A stretch of 64,000 nt of DNA from contig JBDRPX010000034.1 in assembly GCA_043826565.1 (NCBI GenBank), positions 1,096 through 65,095 of the forward strand, given 5' to 3'. The stretch's first letter is position 1, and every line of letters starts with the position of its first letter. Source of the DNA: Candidatus Omnitrophota bacterium. GTDB taxonomy: Bacteria > Omnitrophota > Gorgyraeia > B26-G9. Below the pieces are notes generated by a model, which had not been told where the DNA came from, made no database searches, and saw nothing but the letters and a program-made list of their open reading frames with translations. The translations under genes and the position numbers were made by a program. This document shows positions 27,355 to 36,796 of the stretch, one piece after another.

Positions 27355-27440
27355 CTGAAGGTCATTGGTCATCCGAAAGTTCGGATGAAGAAAGTCTTTT
27401 TCATAATGTGCCCATTATATACGGAAGGAATTATTATCCA
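27355..27440 (-). promoter_or_regulatory. Conserved promoter plus 11-codon sORF module, copy A (sORF 27369-27404, MKKTFFIRTFG*)
   Basis: The reverse strand reads TTGGAT-N16-TATAAT, then 9 nt, then ATG AAA AAG ACT TTC TTC ATC CGA ACT TTC GGA TGA. It is about 85% identical to copy B at 32238-32330, and the differences preserve the peptide. Confidence 0.4.
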
Positions 27441-27455
27441 ATAAAACTGCTTTTA

Positions 27456-29420
27456 CTAATATCTTAAAGCCTCTATGGGATTTAACTGCGATGCCTTACG
27501 GGCGGGCCAAAGGCCAAAACCTAAGCCTACAGCAATTGAAAAGCCTGTAGCGAGGATAATAGAAAAAAGTGAAACTCTCGTTGTCCAACCGGCAAAAATC
27601 GATACAAGAAAAGCCATGCCCATGCCAAAAATAATACCTAAAATTCCACCAGTGAAAGTCATAACTACTGATTCAATAAGAAACTGCATCATTATATCTT
27701 TCTTACGTGCCCCTAAAGCCTTGCGCAATCCTATTTCCCTGGTACGTTCGGTTACCGAAACAAGCATAATATTCATAATGCCTATTCCGCCCACAAGAAG
27801 AGAAATAGCCGATATAAACCCCAAAAGCATGGTCATCGTTTTTGTCATACCCTGAAGCGCTTTCTGAATCTCAGCCATATTCATGATATTAAAAGATTCT
27901 TCCTGATCTTTTTTAAGGCGATGACGATTGATTATAAGATTACTAATAGCTTCTTTAGCCTCATCCATAAAATCAATATCATCTATTTCCACATCAATAG
28001 AATCAACATATTCTTTACCCAATAATCGATACATCGCCGTAGTAACAGGAATTATTACCACATCGTCCTGATTCCCCATCGGGCCTCCCGCGCCTTTTTC
28101 CGGCAATACTCCAATCACTTTAAAATTTACACGATTTATTTTAATAGTTTCCCCAACAGGGTCATCATAGCCAAAAATTTCTTTTGCAACGCTAAGCCCG
28201 AGCAAAGCTAACTTCTTACGACTCCTTACTTGTTCCTCTGTAAAAAAACTTCCCGCGATAGGCACCGATGATTTCATTTCTGCGTAACCGGTTCCCGTCC
28301 CTTGAATCCGTGTATTCCAATTTTTATTTTTGTATACTACCTGTCCTCGTCCCGAGACTGAAGGAGACACTCTTCTTACTTGTGGAATTTTTAATATTTC
28401 CTCTGAGTCCTTAATAGTAAAACGAGTTATTGATCCTGACTCTAAAGATACCCCTCCCATTCGACGTGCACCGGGACGAATAGTCAGGATGTTTGTCCCC
28501 AAAGAAGAAAGTTCATCAGAAATAGATTCTTTTGCTCCTTGACCTAATGCCAGCATAGCAATTACCGCTGCCACACCAATAAGAATTCCCAGCATAGAAA
28601 GAAAAGACCTCAGCTTATTGGAAAAAATAGCCCGGAACCCCTGCTGCAAATTATCCGTAATTTCAGTCATACGAAAACCATTATTCTGACCGGGGTCCTT
28701 ACTATTAAAAAACTCTTTTTCCGGCATTTTCGCATCTTTTTGAAATTCATTATTATTCATCTTATCGGAAACAATCTTTCCATCGCGCATATAAATAATC
28801 CGTTTTGCTTTCTCGGCTATTTCGAGTTCATGAGTAACCATTACAATTGTCTTACCTTCCTGATTCAGTTCTTTCAAAATCGCAATGATTTCTTTTTCGC
28901 TTTTTGTGTCTAGGTTTCCGGTAGGCTCATCGGCAAAAATAATCAAAGGATCATTCACTAAAGAACGAGCAATAGCTACCCTCTGCTGTTGTCCACCGGA
29001 AAGTTCATTCGGCCGATGAAGCGCCCGGTCGGATAACCCGACAGCTTCTATTTTTTCAGCGGATTTTTGTTTTAAGGCTCTCTTACCCCCATAGATCAAA
29101 GGCAGTTCCACATTCTCAATAGCAGTCAACCGGGAAAGTAAATGAAACTGCTGGAAAACAAAACCAGCCAAACGATTCCTTAATTCAGCCAAGTCATCGT
29201 CAGTAAATCCGGACACATCTCTTCCTCTTAATAAATACATTCCTGAATCCGGCCTATCCAAAAACCCCAAAAGATGAAGAAGTGTAGATTTTCCGGAACC
29301 GGATGGCCCCATGATAGCAATAAATTCCCCTGAAGAAATCTTCAAGGACACATTCCGTAAAGCCTGAACTTCTACTTTCCCCATGGCATAGTTTTTACTA
29401 ATATTTTTTAATTCGATCAT
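27456..29420 (-). CDS. macB: MacB-type ABC transporter (fused ATPase plus FtsX-like permease)
   Basis: Walker [18 protein letters not shown] and Walker B in the N-terminal half; a large periplasmic domain and 4 TM helices of FtsX type in the C-terminal half. Start taken at MIELKN, which has an upstream AAAAGG. Confidence 0.8.
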   Translation of the reverse strand: MIELKNISKNYAMGKVEVQALRNVSLKISSGEFIAIMGPSGSGKSTLLHLLGFLDRPDSGMYLLRGRDVSGFTDDDLAELRNRLAGFVFQQFHLLSRLTAIENVELPLIYGGKRALKQKSAEKIEAVGLSDRALHRPNELSGGQQQRVAIARSLVNDPLIIFADEPTGNLDTKSEKEIIAILKELNQEGKTIVMVTHELEIAEKAKRIIYMRDGKIVSDKMNNNEFQKDAKMPEKEFFNSKDPGQNNGFRMTEITDNLQQGFRAIFSNKLRSFLSMLGILIGVAAVIAMLALGQGAKESISDELSSLGTNILTIRPGARRMGGVSLESGSITRFTIKDSEEILKIPQVRRVSPSVSGRGQVVYKNKNWNTRIQGTGTGYAEMKSSVPIAGSFFTEEQVRSRKKLALLGLSVAKEIFGYDDPVGETIKINRVNFKVIGVLPEKGAGGPMGNQDDVVIIPVTTAMYRLLGKEYVDSIDVEIDDIDFMDEAKEAISNLIINRHRLKKDQEESFNIMNMAEIQKALQGMTKTMTMLLGFISAISLLVGGIGIMNIMLVSVTERTREIGLRKALGARKKDIMMQFLIESVVMTFTGGILGIIFGMGMAFLVSIFAGWTTRVSLFSIILATGFSIAVGLGFGLWPARKASQLNPIEALRY

Positions 29421-29433
29421 TTTGACCTTTTGA

Positions 29434-30393
29434 TTATTTCTTTTTCCTGTCAAATTTCGGTATAAAAGGGTTCCTCCCAGATTCCTTGTTTTCGGGAAGC
29501 AGATATTTTTTACTTGTTATTACTATAATATCACTTGCTGTTACCCCGGAAAGAACCTCAATATTCTCATCGTCAGAAACCCCTAGTTCAACCTTTTGTT
29601 TAACGATCTTATGTTTATCATGTTTTACTAAAACAAATTTTTCATCTTTATCTTCTATAACCGCTTTAACCGGGATACATAAAACATTATCTTTACTTTT
29701 GGTAACTATATCCACATTCGCGCTCATGCCCGAACGAAAAACATCAGGAATATCAGCCGGTAAAATATCAACCTCATAAATAGTAACATTGTTTAGAACT
29801 GTAGCTTCATATGATATATGATCAACTTTCGCTTTAACTTCTATTTCAGGGTAGGCATCCAAACTAACTATAGCCTCATAACCAATTTTTACCTCTCCGA
29901 TATCTGTCTCATCAACATCTGCTTTTACTATGAGACGATCCGATAAAACAATAATAGCATCATTAGCAACTACTGTCTGCCCCGGCTCAACTGCTCTCAC
30001 AATCACCACTCCATTGATTGGCGCAATTAGCGGAGTGGCATTATAAACTTTTTTCCAGTACCCCAATTCTTCCTTGTTGTTAAGATATGCTGCATCTAAA
30101 AGCGTTGCCCTTTCTGTTGAACTCATTAAAGCAAGGATATCACCGGTTTTGACTTTCTCCCCTTCTTTAACTAAAATTTCTTCTATTCTGCCGCCTATCG
30201 GCGGTTTGATCTCCAAACGATTCTGAGGTTCAACCTCTCCTGTTGTTGATATTATAGTTCGGATATTTCCATGCCCAGGCACTATTTCCCGGGCAGATTC
30301 CGGAAAATCATCTTTTTTACCCTGTTTCATAAATATAATTACTATAATAAAAGCAATAGCTAATAAACCAATATACCTCTTTTTATTTATCAT
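29434..30393 (-). CDS. macA: HlyD/MacA-family periplasmic adaptor (membrane fusion protein)
   Basis: N-terminal TM anchor, lipoyl/beta-barrel adaptor topology, and genetic linkage to macB and the outer-membrane factor. Confidence 0.75.
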   Translation of the reverse strand: MINKKRYIGLLAIAFIIVIIFMKQGKKDDFPESAREIVPGHGNIRTIISTTGEVEPQNRLEIKPPIGGRIEEILVKEGEKVKTGDILALMSSTERATLLDAAYLNNKEELGYWKKVYNATPLIAPINGVVIVRAVEPGQTVVANDAIIVLSDRLIVKADVDETDIGEVKIGYEAIVSLDAYPEIEVKAKVDHISYEATVLNNVTIYEVDILPADIPDVFRSGMSANVDIVTKSKDNVLCIPVKAVIEDKDEKFVLVKHDKHKIVKQKVELGVSDDENIEVLSGVTASDIIVITSKKYLLPENKESGRNPFIPKFDRKKK

Positions 30394-31654
30394 ATTCCAA
30401 TATTCCTCCTCTTGCCTGAATCCAGTTAGCTTCGGTAATTAACATGCTTGCCCGAGAATCCAAAAAAGATTTCTTAGTGGATACCAAATTATCTTCTATG
30501 ATTATCCAGTCATTGAATGATATAAGACCGGCTGAATACTGAGCATTGGCTATTTTTGCCCGTTTTTCGGCAGCTTCAAGGTATTTTTGCCGCACAGAGA
30601 TATTATCTATTGCGTCCTGGAATTCTACCCAGGTTTTTTCCAATGTAAAAAGAATGCCATCACGCCCGCTTTGTTCATCAGCCTTAGCTTGATTTAATTC
30701 AGCTTTGGCTTTTGAAACTTTAGCTATACGGCTTCCTCCTTCAAATAAGGGAAAAGACAAACTTATTCCAGCTGACCATTGTTCTGCGCTCGGAGGCCAT
30801 GAAGAATCGCTCTTCCCTAAAGATCCATCCAAATAAACCTGAGGGGAAAAATCAGCCTTAACCGACTTAACCCCAAACCGAACTGCTTCTCTTTTAGCAA
30901 TAAGTTCCTTGAGCAAAGGAGTATTATCCGCTAAATAGTCAAAATCAGGTTTTACTCTATCAATTTCTGTAATTTCAAAATCACCAATGACTTTAATCGG
31001 CGCAAACCTCTTTCGGCCTAATTCCTTCATTAATTGTCTTTGCGCCAGCGTAATATTTCTTTTTGCCTGCATAACCTCAAGCTCCGCCTGCGCTAAATCC
31101 GCCTCAGCAGTTAATAAGGAACCTTCGTGTTCTCGGCCCGCCTCATATCGCAATCTTACAAGCTCTAAATTCTGGTTTCTGCGTAATGCGATATCCTCGG
31201 TTATAGACAAGAGTGCCTGAGCCCTGAGAAGCCCGGCAAAAGCCGTACTTAAATTCAGTCTTACATTAGAAGAGGTCACTGCATAGTCATATTGTGATGC
31301 CTTTATATTTTCTGAGGCAGCTCCAACATCATTGGATGTTTTAAAGCCGTCGAATAATAACTGTTTTCCGGTTACCCCATATGAATAAGTATCGCTTGTA
31401 CTCCTTGTTACACCGGTATCTACTCCTGTTCTCCTGCTATTGACCTCGCTGCTGATCTGAGGCAATGTAGAACTTCGAACAATTTCCTTATCTGCCCGAA
31501 ACTGTTTTAATTTTCCTGCTGCTGAAATAAGATCCGGATGGTTCTTAGCCGCCTCAGAAACACAATCATTCCATGTCATGCCATCCTCTGCATAAGCATC
31601 AGGCAAAAGAAAACTCAAAAATAATATTGTCATAGCGCCTTTTACAATTATCTT
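30383..31654 (-). CDS. TolC-like outer-membrane efflux factor
   Basis: Signal peptide (MKIIVKGAMTILFLSFLLPDAYA), two repeated alpha-helical/beta segments typical of the OMF family, and an operon with macAB. Confidence 0.7.
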   Translation of the reverse strand, partial: KIIVKGAMTILFLSFLLPDAYAEDGMTWNDCVSEAAKNHPDLISAAGKLKQFRADKEIVRSSTLPQISSEVNSRRTGVDTGVTRSTSDTYSYGVTGKQLLFDGFKTSNDVGAASENIKASQYDYAVTSSNVRLNLSTAFAGLLRAQALLSITEDIALRRNQNLELVRLRYEAGREHEGSLLTAEADLAQAELEVMQAKRNITLAQRQLMKELGRKRFAPIKVIGDFEITEIDRVKPDFDYLADNTPLLKELIAKREAVRFGVKSVKADFSPQVYLDGSLGKSDSSWPPSAEQWSAGISLSFPLFEGGSRIAKVSKAKAELNQAKADEQSGRDGILFTLEKTWVEFQDAIDNISVRQKYLEAAEKRAKIANAQYSAGLISFNDWIIIEDNLVSTKKSFLDSRASMLITEANWIQARGGILEYDK

Positions 31655-31721
31655 CATCGACAGATACCTCTTTATTTCCAATATCTAAAATAGTTCAAGT
31701 TCTGGGAGAAATATGATAGTG

Positions 31722-31970
31722 CTAACTTTTATTTTTCTTTTTGATCTCTTTTTTCATTGTAGTTAAATGCCCCTCTAAAAGTCCTAAAAACTTATTAAAT
31801 TCTTTTTCAGGAATAAGACTAATCACTTTTTCATGATGTGGTGGCCCGGAAATAATCACAACACTATCTCCTGATTTAATACCCAGCGCCTTCCTTGCTT
31901 CTGCAGGAATAACTATTTGTCCTTTTGTCCCCACTAATGCCTTGCCAAAAAACTTCGGTGAGCCTTTCAT
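31722..31970 (-). CDS. AbrB/MazE/SpoVT-family DNA-binding protein (antitoxin-like)
   Basis: GQIVIPAEARKALGIKSGDSVVI is a looped-hinge (swapped-hairpin) motif. No partner toxin is visible. It has its own TTGACA-N17-TATGCT promoter at about 32030-32060. Confidence 0.55.
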   Translation of the reverse strand: MKGSPKFFGKALVGTKGQIVIPAEARKALGIKSGDSVVIISGPPHHEKVISLIPEKEFNKFLGLLEGHLTTMKKEIKKKNKS

Positions 31971-32237
31971 TCTTTCCTCCTTTATTTATCATGTGTCCTC
32001 AAACAAAGCTAAGTATGACTTGTATGAAATGTACTACCTTACATACAAAGCATACCCTATGGTCAAATAATTGTCAAGTACGTTTTATAATTTTTCCCTT
32101 TTAAGGGGGGCTTTGAGCGCAGGTAAGCGAAAACACGACGTGGTTGAGCCCGAGCTCTAGGGAGGGCGAACGGTATATTCAAGTCAATTCAGGTAAGAAA
32201 ATGTAAGAAAGGAAGGGTTTGAGCACTTTGTAGAGCG

Positions 32238-32330
32238 CAATCCAAGGGTCATCCGAAAGTTTTTATATAAAATGTCTTTTCCATAGTTTATTCATTATAT
32301 AATCTGAGAGGAATTTAGGCAAGCTTTATT
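32238..32330 (-). promoter_or_regulatory. Conserved promoter plus 11-codon sORF module, copy B (sORF 32249-32284, MEKTFYIKTFG*)
   Basis: The reverse strand reads TTGCCT-N17-TATAAT, then 9 nt, then ATG GAA AAG ACA TTT TAT ATA AAA ACT TTC GGA TGA. It is paralogous to copy A. Confidence 0.4.
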
Positions 32331-32338
32331 GAAACTCT

Positions 32339-35191
32339 TTAGTTTTGAGGAACGTCCGGTTTCGGGACAAAATCCGCTTCATTGCCAAGCAGATAAATGC
32401 TGTTGCCGTTATACCCGGAAGTTTGGGTTGTCCCTCCGGAAACCGGCTGCGGCGGCCGGGTAGTTTGCGTAGGCGTAGCGCTATTACTGCGCGGCGGTTT
32501 ATAAGTAGGAATATTTGATGTCGGACTGGGAATATTCGGAAAATTAATCGGAGTGTTCCCTGATGCCGGAGGATTAACACTCAGACCTCCTCCGGTACGG
32601 GTATTTGGGCTCTTATCTTTCGGCTTATACGGGAAATTTCTCAGTATCGGTTCCAATTGTCCAATAATCCCTCCGATATCCGGGGGAGTTTGCTGCGGCT
32701 GCGGATTCTGTCTTACCGGCGGACTAATCGGCAGCTGCGGTACCTGCGTAATCACCGGGTCAGGAGTTGTCTGCAAGGTGCCGTATGAAGGAACATCCGG
32801 TTCAGGTGTTACAGGACGTACGGTATGTACCGGTTCCCAGCCGGTTGTTTCCCCAAAACCAGGGTCATCATCAGCCTCTCCGGTTGAATCTTGCTTTTGA
32901 TTAAAGTCAACATCAACGCGCACGCTGTTGCCGTTGAAATCCTCACCAAAAATTACAGTTCGACGATGCACCATGCTTCGGTCCTGCGTGCCGTAACTGG
33001 CGGTGCGCTGATGAATACTGCCTTCGCTGCCGGCATTGATAAAAATTTTCTCGTGTAAATCTTCTTTAACGATTTTTCCTTCTCCCAGTATTTCCATACG
33101 ATTAAGAATCACCCCGACATTTTCCGCCTTAATCACAATATCATACTCCCAATTGCAAAATGTTATTGATGTTTTGGAAAGATCTTTGGTAACATTCGCG
33201 ATCGCCCCGGTAAGCACTGCTTTTTCCTGCGACTTAAGCATGATCGTCCACTGCGCTTCATGAGCAAACGGCAATTCCCCTTCATAAGAAGAGTAATTCT
33301 TGCATTGCGCAGTAACCTTAGCTTTCTTATTTTCCTGAGAGATATATTTATCATCAAAAGAAAGCTTGAATTTCCCGTCTTCCTGCGTGACAAAATCCCG
33401 GCGGATACCGTCGACCATGGCCGTTACCTGCGCCCCGGATACCGGCTTGGTTTTCATGCTTGCGCCCCAAAACTGATCGCTTTTTTCACTGATCGATTCG
33501 CACTGCACCGTACCGCTGATGATCACCGGGCCGAAATCAAAAAGCGTCAAAGTGATTTTTTCATCTTCCGCCACCCAGCTGCCTTCTTTGGGTTCCTGTT
33601 TTTGAACCGTAAATTCCTTGATCTTGTCCGGAGCACGTTCACCTTTTTCTTCCGTGATTTCAAACTTATTAGACTGGCCTTTTAATATGTTGATCGCACC
33701 GACCCGGTCGCTTTTAAGCACCTCCTGCAGTTTTATCGCTTCAACTTTTATTTCAGATAAAGGAATATCACATACCGCTATGCCCGAGTCCGGCACATTA
33801 TTATAACTGCCTTCGACCACAACCCGCAGAAACGCTCCGGACTTATCCGAAAAACGCAGCTGTCCCTGTTCTTCTTTCAGTCCTTTAACGCGTACCGTAC
33901 CTTCCAGTTTTTTCCACTCACTGGTCTGGCTCTTACTGATCGTGTCCTTGATCGTGCCGGCAAAATTACCGGATAAAAATCCCGGGGCTTTAGCCTCTAT
34001 GCGCACCTTCACATTCTGCGCCAAATCTTCCGGTTCAAGGTTCTGTACACGCACCTTAATATAATATTCATCTTCTTTGCCCTTAGCTTTAACCAGCACA
34101 ATATCTTCGGGCTTTACCAGCAAAGCGCTAAAGCTTCCCCGCCAAAGAGTATACGTTGCCTGGATCGCCCGCGACCAAGCTTTAAACGGCGCCTGCATAT
34201 CCGTGGTAATCACCGAGTACGTATCCAAAGAAACGTTTACTCTTTTGCGGATGCTGCCTACTAATGTATCCGGATTCTGCTGCAGTGTCGTTTCCAAAGT
34301 GCGCATCCTCTGCTGGAAATCATCCGCGCTGAAATACACATCAGGATCTTTCCGGTCCAAAACGTTTCTCGTTTCCAAAGCCAGGTCCTTTGCCAGCTGT
34401 TCCGCGGATTTATCTTTTTTCCAGAACGGGCTGATAAATCGGTTGTTTATATTTATGGAGATCCAATCCAGCGGAGTGAAAATATATTTTCCTTCAATAA
34501 GACCTTCGTAGACAAAGTGAGTACTGCCCATGACCGGCTGCATATTCGGGCCGTCATAATACAAAGGATCAAACCAGTTGGTATTTGAATCCGTATCTTC
34601 CTTTGCCCTTTCCACCAAAAGACGCCACTGCTCCGGAGTATAACTCTGACGATAAGAACCGGTAATATCCGGTCCGGGAACTATGTTTGCATTTATCTCC
34701 GAACGCGGCTGTCCGCTGACATGGAAAGAACAATTCATATCCTGAATAAAATGCGCGCTGTATGCCGCGTATTTTGCCGCGCGCTCCATAAGATCCTCAG
34801 CTCTTGCTTTATTATCGTATTTGGCCAGATCCTGCAAAGAATGCTTCAGCCCATTAAAATTAGTCTGCACGCTTTTCGGAGCAGATCCGGCTCCGGTGCG
34901 GGGATTATAATAATGTTCATCGTACTTTGAATTCGCGGGATTATCCGGGCCCTTTCCCTGCTTTGAAGAATCAATACGCGAATACTCGAATATTTTTTTC
35001 CGGTCAGGGAATTTTATTTCCTTAAACACCGGATGCTTTTCCAACTCATCATAGGCTTTATCATTAAGAAACTCATGCGTGGCCAGGCCCTTTGCACTGG
35101 GATGGTCCAGAGAACTCCACGCGCAGGCCAAAGACAAACTTATATTTAAAAATAAAGCACTCAGAAGTACAATACTTAAAAATTTTTTCAT
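32339..35191 (-). CDS. Large secreted protein with N-terminal Zn-dependent phospholipase C / S1-P1 nuclease-like domain and C-terminal Pro/Thr/Gln-rich tail
   Basis: Signal MKKFLSIVLLSALFLNISLSLA. The mature N-terminus begins CAWS...H, matching the N-terminal Trp zinc ligand of PLC/P1. DEHYYNP and AHFIQDMNCSFH (H-x3-D-x5-H) match Zn-PLC metal-site spacing. The C-terminal roughly 180 aa are low complexity. Confidence 0.5.
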   Translation of the reverse strand: MKKFLSIVLLSALFLNISLSLACAWSSLDHPSAKGLATHEFLNDKAYDELEKHPVFKEIKFPDRKKIFEYSRIDSSKQGKGPDNPANSKYDEHYYNPRTGAGSAPKSVQTNFNGLKHSLQDLAKYDNKARAEDLMERAAKYAAYSAHFIQDMNCSFHVSGQPRSEINANIVPGPDITGSYRQSYTPEQWRLLVERAKEDTDSNTNWFDPLYYDGPNMQPVMGSTHFVYEGLIEGKYIFTPLDWISININNRFISPFWKKDKSAEQLAKDLALETRNVLDRKDPDVYFSADDFQQRMRTLETTLQQNPDTLVGSIRKRVNVSLDTYSVITTDMQAPFKAWSRAIQATYTLWRGSFSALLVKPEDIVLVKAKGKEDEYYIKVRVQNLEPEDLAQNVKVRIEAKAPGFLSGNFAGTIKDTISKSQTSEWKKLEGTVRVKGLKEEQGQLRFSDKSGAFLRVVVEGSYNNVPDSGIAVCDIPLSEIKVEAIKLQEVLKSDRVGAINILKGQSNKFEITEEKGERAPDKIKEFTVQKQEPKEGSWVAEDEKITLTLFDFGPVIISGTVQCESISEKSDQFWGASMKTKPVSGAQVTAMVDGIRRDFVTQEDGKFKLSFDDKYISQENKKAKVTAQCKNYSSYEGELPFAHEAQWTIMLKSQEKAVLTGAIANVTKDLSKTSITFCNWEYDIVIKAENVGVILNRMEILGEGKIVKEDLHEKIFINAGSEGSIHQRTASYGTQDRSMVHRRTVIFGEDFNGNSVRVDVDFNQKQDSTGEADDDPGFGETTGWEPVHTVRPVTPEPDVPSYGTLQTTPDPVITQVPQLPISPPVRQNPQPQQTPPDIGGIIGQLEPILRNFPYKPKDKSPNTRTGGGLSVNPPASGNTPINFPNIPSPTSNIPTYKPPRSNSATPTQTTRPPQPVSGGTTQTSGYNGNSIYLLGNEADFVPKPDVPQN

Positions 35192-35204
35192 AACAAGATC
35201 CCTA

Positions 35205-36611
35205 TTACCGGATAGTAAATTTTGCGGATCTGCCGGCAAAGGCATTTCCGTATTTAATCGTAACCTGTAGCTCATACTCGCCGGCTTGCTTCGCCGCGGT
35301 TAACCCTATTTTGGCAGCGCTGCGCAGTCCGTTCGAAGCCTGAAAATCCGTAGTTTTGCTGTATTTAATTTCCCCTTCCTTGAGTATTGCATATGAAATA
35401 GCTATTGGCAAAATATCATCAAGGAGCGCGCTGTCACCTGCGGTATAATCAATCTCCAGAAAAAACTCTTCTCCCGGAGATACTTTTCCAGGATTTACTT
35501 TAACATCATGAATGACCACGCCCTGCTCAGCAACCAGTTCCTGGCTTTCAGCGGTATTCCGCTGTAAGCGTATATCTTTGGTAAAAAGCTGGTCTTGACG
35601 CACGCCGGTAACATGTATCTTTCCATTGGAGGCATTGACCCTGGCGATCACATCCTGGGAAGTCTTGACCGCGCTGTTATCGATATTAAGAATAATATCT
35701 TCTTTCTGCAGCCCGGCTTTTTCCGCGGCTGAGCCCGGAGCAATATCTTTGATATATATGCCTGCGCTATAACCTATATCCAGCAGATGTTTCGCCAGCG
35801 CCTGAGAAGGTGTTTCCATGATCACGCCTAAGATATATTTACTTTGTAAAGATACTGTCTGCTGCAATGCCATCCCCGGCAATGCTGTTTGAGCAAGCGA
35901 TTGCATTTGCGGCTGCTCCGGCATCACGCATTGCAAATATACCGGAAGATATTTCAGGGTTGCGTAATTCCAGCGATCTACTTCCACATGCATTTTTCCG
36001 GCCGCGCAAAAACCCACATTGTGGTATTGCTGCGGCAGCACGCCCGTGGCAAATACTTGTCGCCGATTAATAAAGAAAAACGTTCCCTGATCTTTCTTAA
36101 ATACAACCGCCAGCGTATTATATTCTCCATGCCGCAGGAGAACATCGCTGGCTGTCCAATCACAGATCACATTCGGCTGGCCGTTAATCATCTGGTCAAT
36201 ACGAAACTGTTTATTGCCGGAGATCAAAAAACGGTAGTATTCTACAGCCCGCGGCGCAACCGCCCAGACAAAACCAAAACCCTGCTCCGGAAAGCCTTCT
36301 TTCGTGCGCATTGTCACTTCCACGGAAAAGTCGCGATTGCGCGTGATCGCGGTCATAAGCAGGAAGGACAAATATCCTGCATCGGTCTTACCGATCACGT
36401 GATACGCGCCGTCTTTGTAAAATGTCTGGCCGTACTGGTCATTAGATTTTTTAAACCCGCCGCGGAAGGCGCTCTTGAACTCATACTCATAATGAACGCT
36501 CTGCTCAAATAAAGCATAGGAAACTGGAGACAGAAAAAAAGAAAAGATAACTGATAGGATAACGGTTAAGAAGATAATGTAAAAAAAATTCCTCAGCGTC
36601 ATAATTCCCAA
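35205..36611 (-). CDS. Membrane-anchored PDZ-domain protein
   Basis: N-terminal TM/signal segment; central PDZ domain (GIYIKDIAPGSAAEKAGLQKEDIILNIDNSAVKT). Confidence 0.55.
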   Translation of the reverse strand: MGIMTLRNFFYIIFLTVILSVIFSFFLSPVSYALFEQSVHYEYEFKSAFRGGFKKSNDQYGQTFYKDGAYHVIGKTDAGYLSFLLMTAITRNRDFSVEVTMRTKEGFPEQGFGFVWAVAPRAVEYYRFLISGNKQFRIDQMINGQPNVICDWTASDVLLRHGEYNTLAVVFKKDQGTFFFINRRQVFATGVLPQQYHNVGFCAAGKMHVEVDRWNYATLKYLPVYLQCVMPEQPQMQSLAQTALPGMALQQTVSLQSKYILGVIMETPSQALAKHLLDIGYSAGIYIKDIAPGSAAEKAGLQKEDIILNIDNSAVKTSQDVIARVNASNGKIHVTGVRQDQLFTKDIRLQRNTAESQELVAEQGVVIHDVKVNPGKVSPGEEFFLEIDYTAGDSALLDDILPIAISYAILKEGEIKYSKTTDFQASNGLRSAAKIGLTAAKQAGEYELQVTIKYGNAFAGRSAKFTIR

Positions 36612-36796
36612 GTATAATATATGCCGGTGTTTTTGTCAATCCGGAATCTATTTCAACCCTAACCCCTTAGCAATGCCCGCGCCGTAATCTTTAGCTATTT
36701 TTTTAACCAGTCTTTGCTGCTCACCTTCCGGTAATAAGCGCTATAGATTGCCCGGCTGAACATAAAGCGTCCATTTAGGATAATCTCTATTTCTTA

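Noticed and set aside
32326-32900. ORFs 32326-32580 and 32553-32900, in the 3' region of and antisense to the large secreted-protein gene
   Set aside because: They overlap a well-supported 950-aa CDS. Their composition reflects the Pro/Thr-rich tail read in other frames.
35205-36611. FFLSP at the N-terminus of the PDZ protein as another LSP-family leader
   Set aside because: The spacing of hydrophobic residues and the terminal Phe do not fit the 16-residue motif. There is no Gln in the h-region and no [AS][IL] tail. It is probably coincidental, though the PDZ domain remains a candidate reader of the tail.
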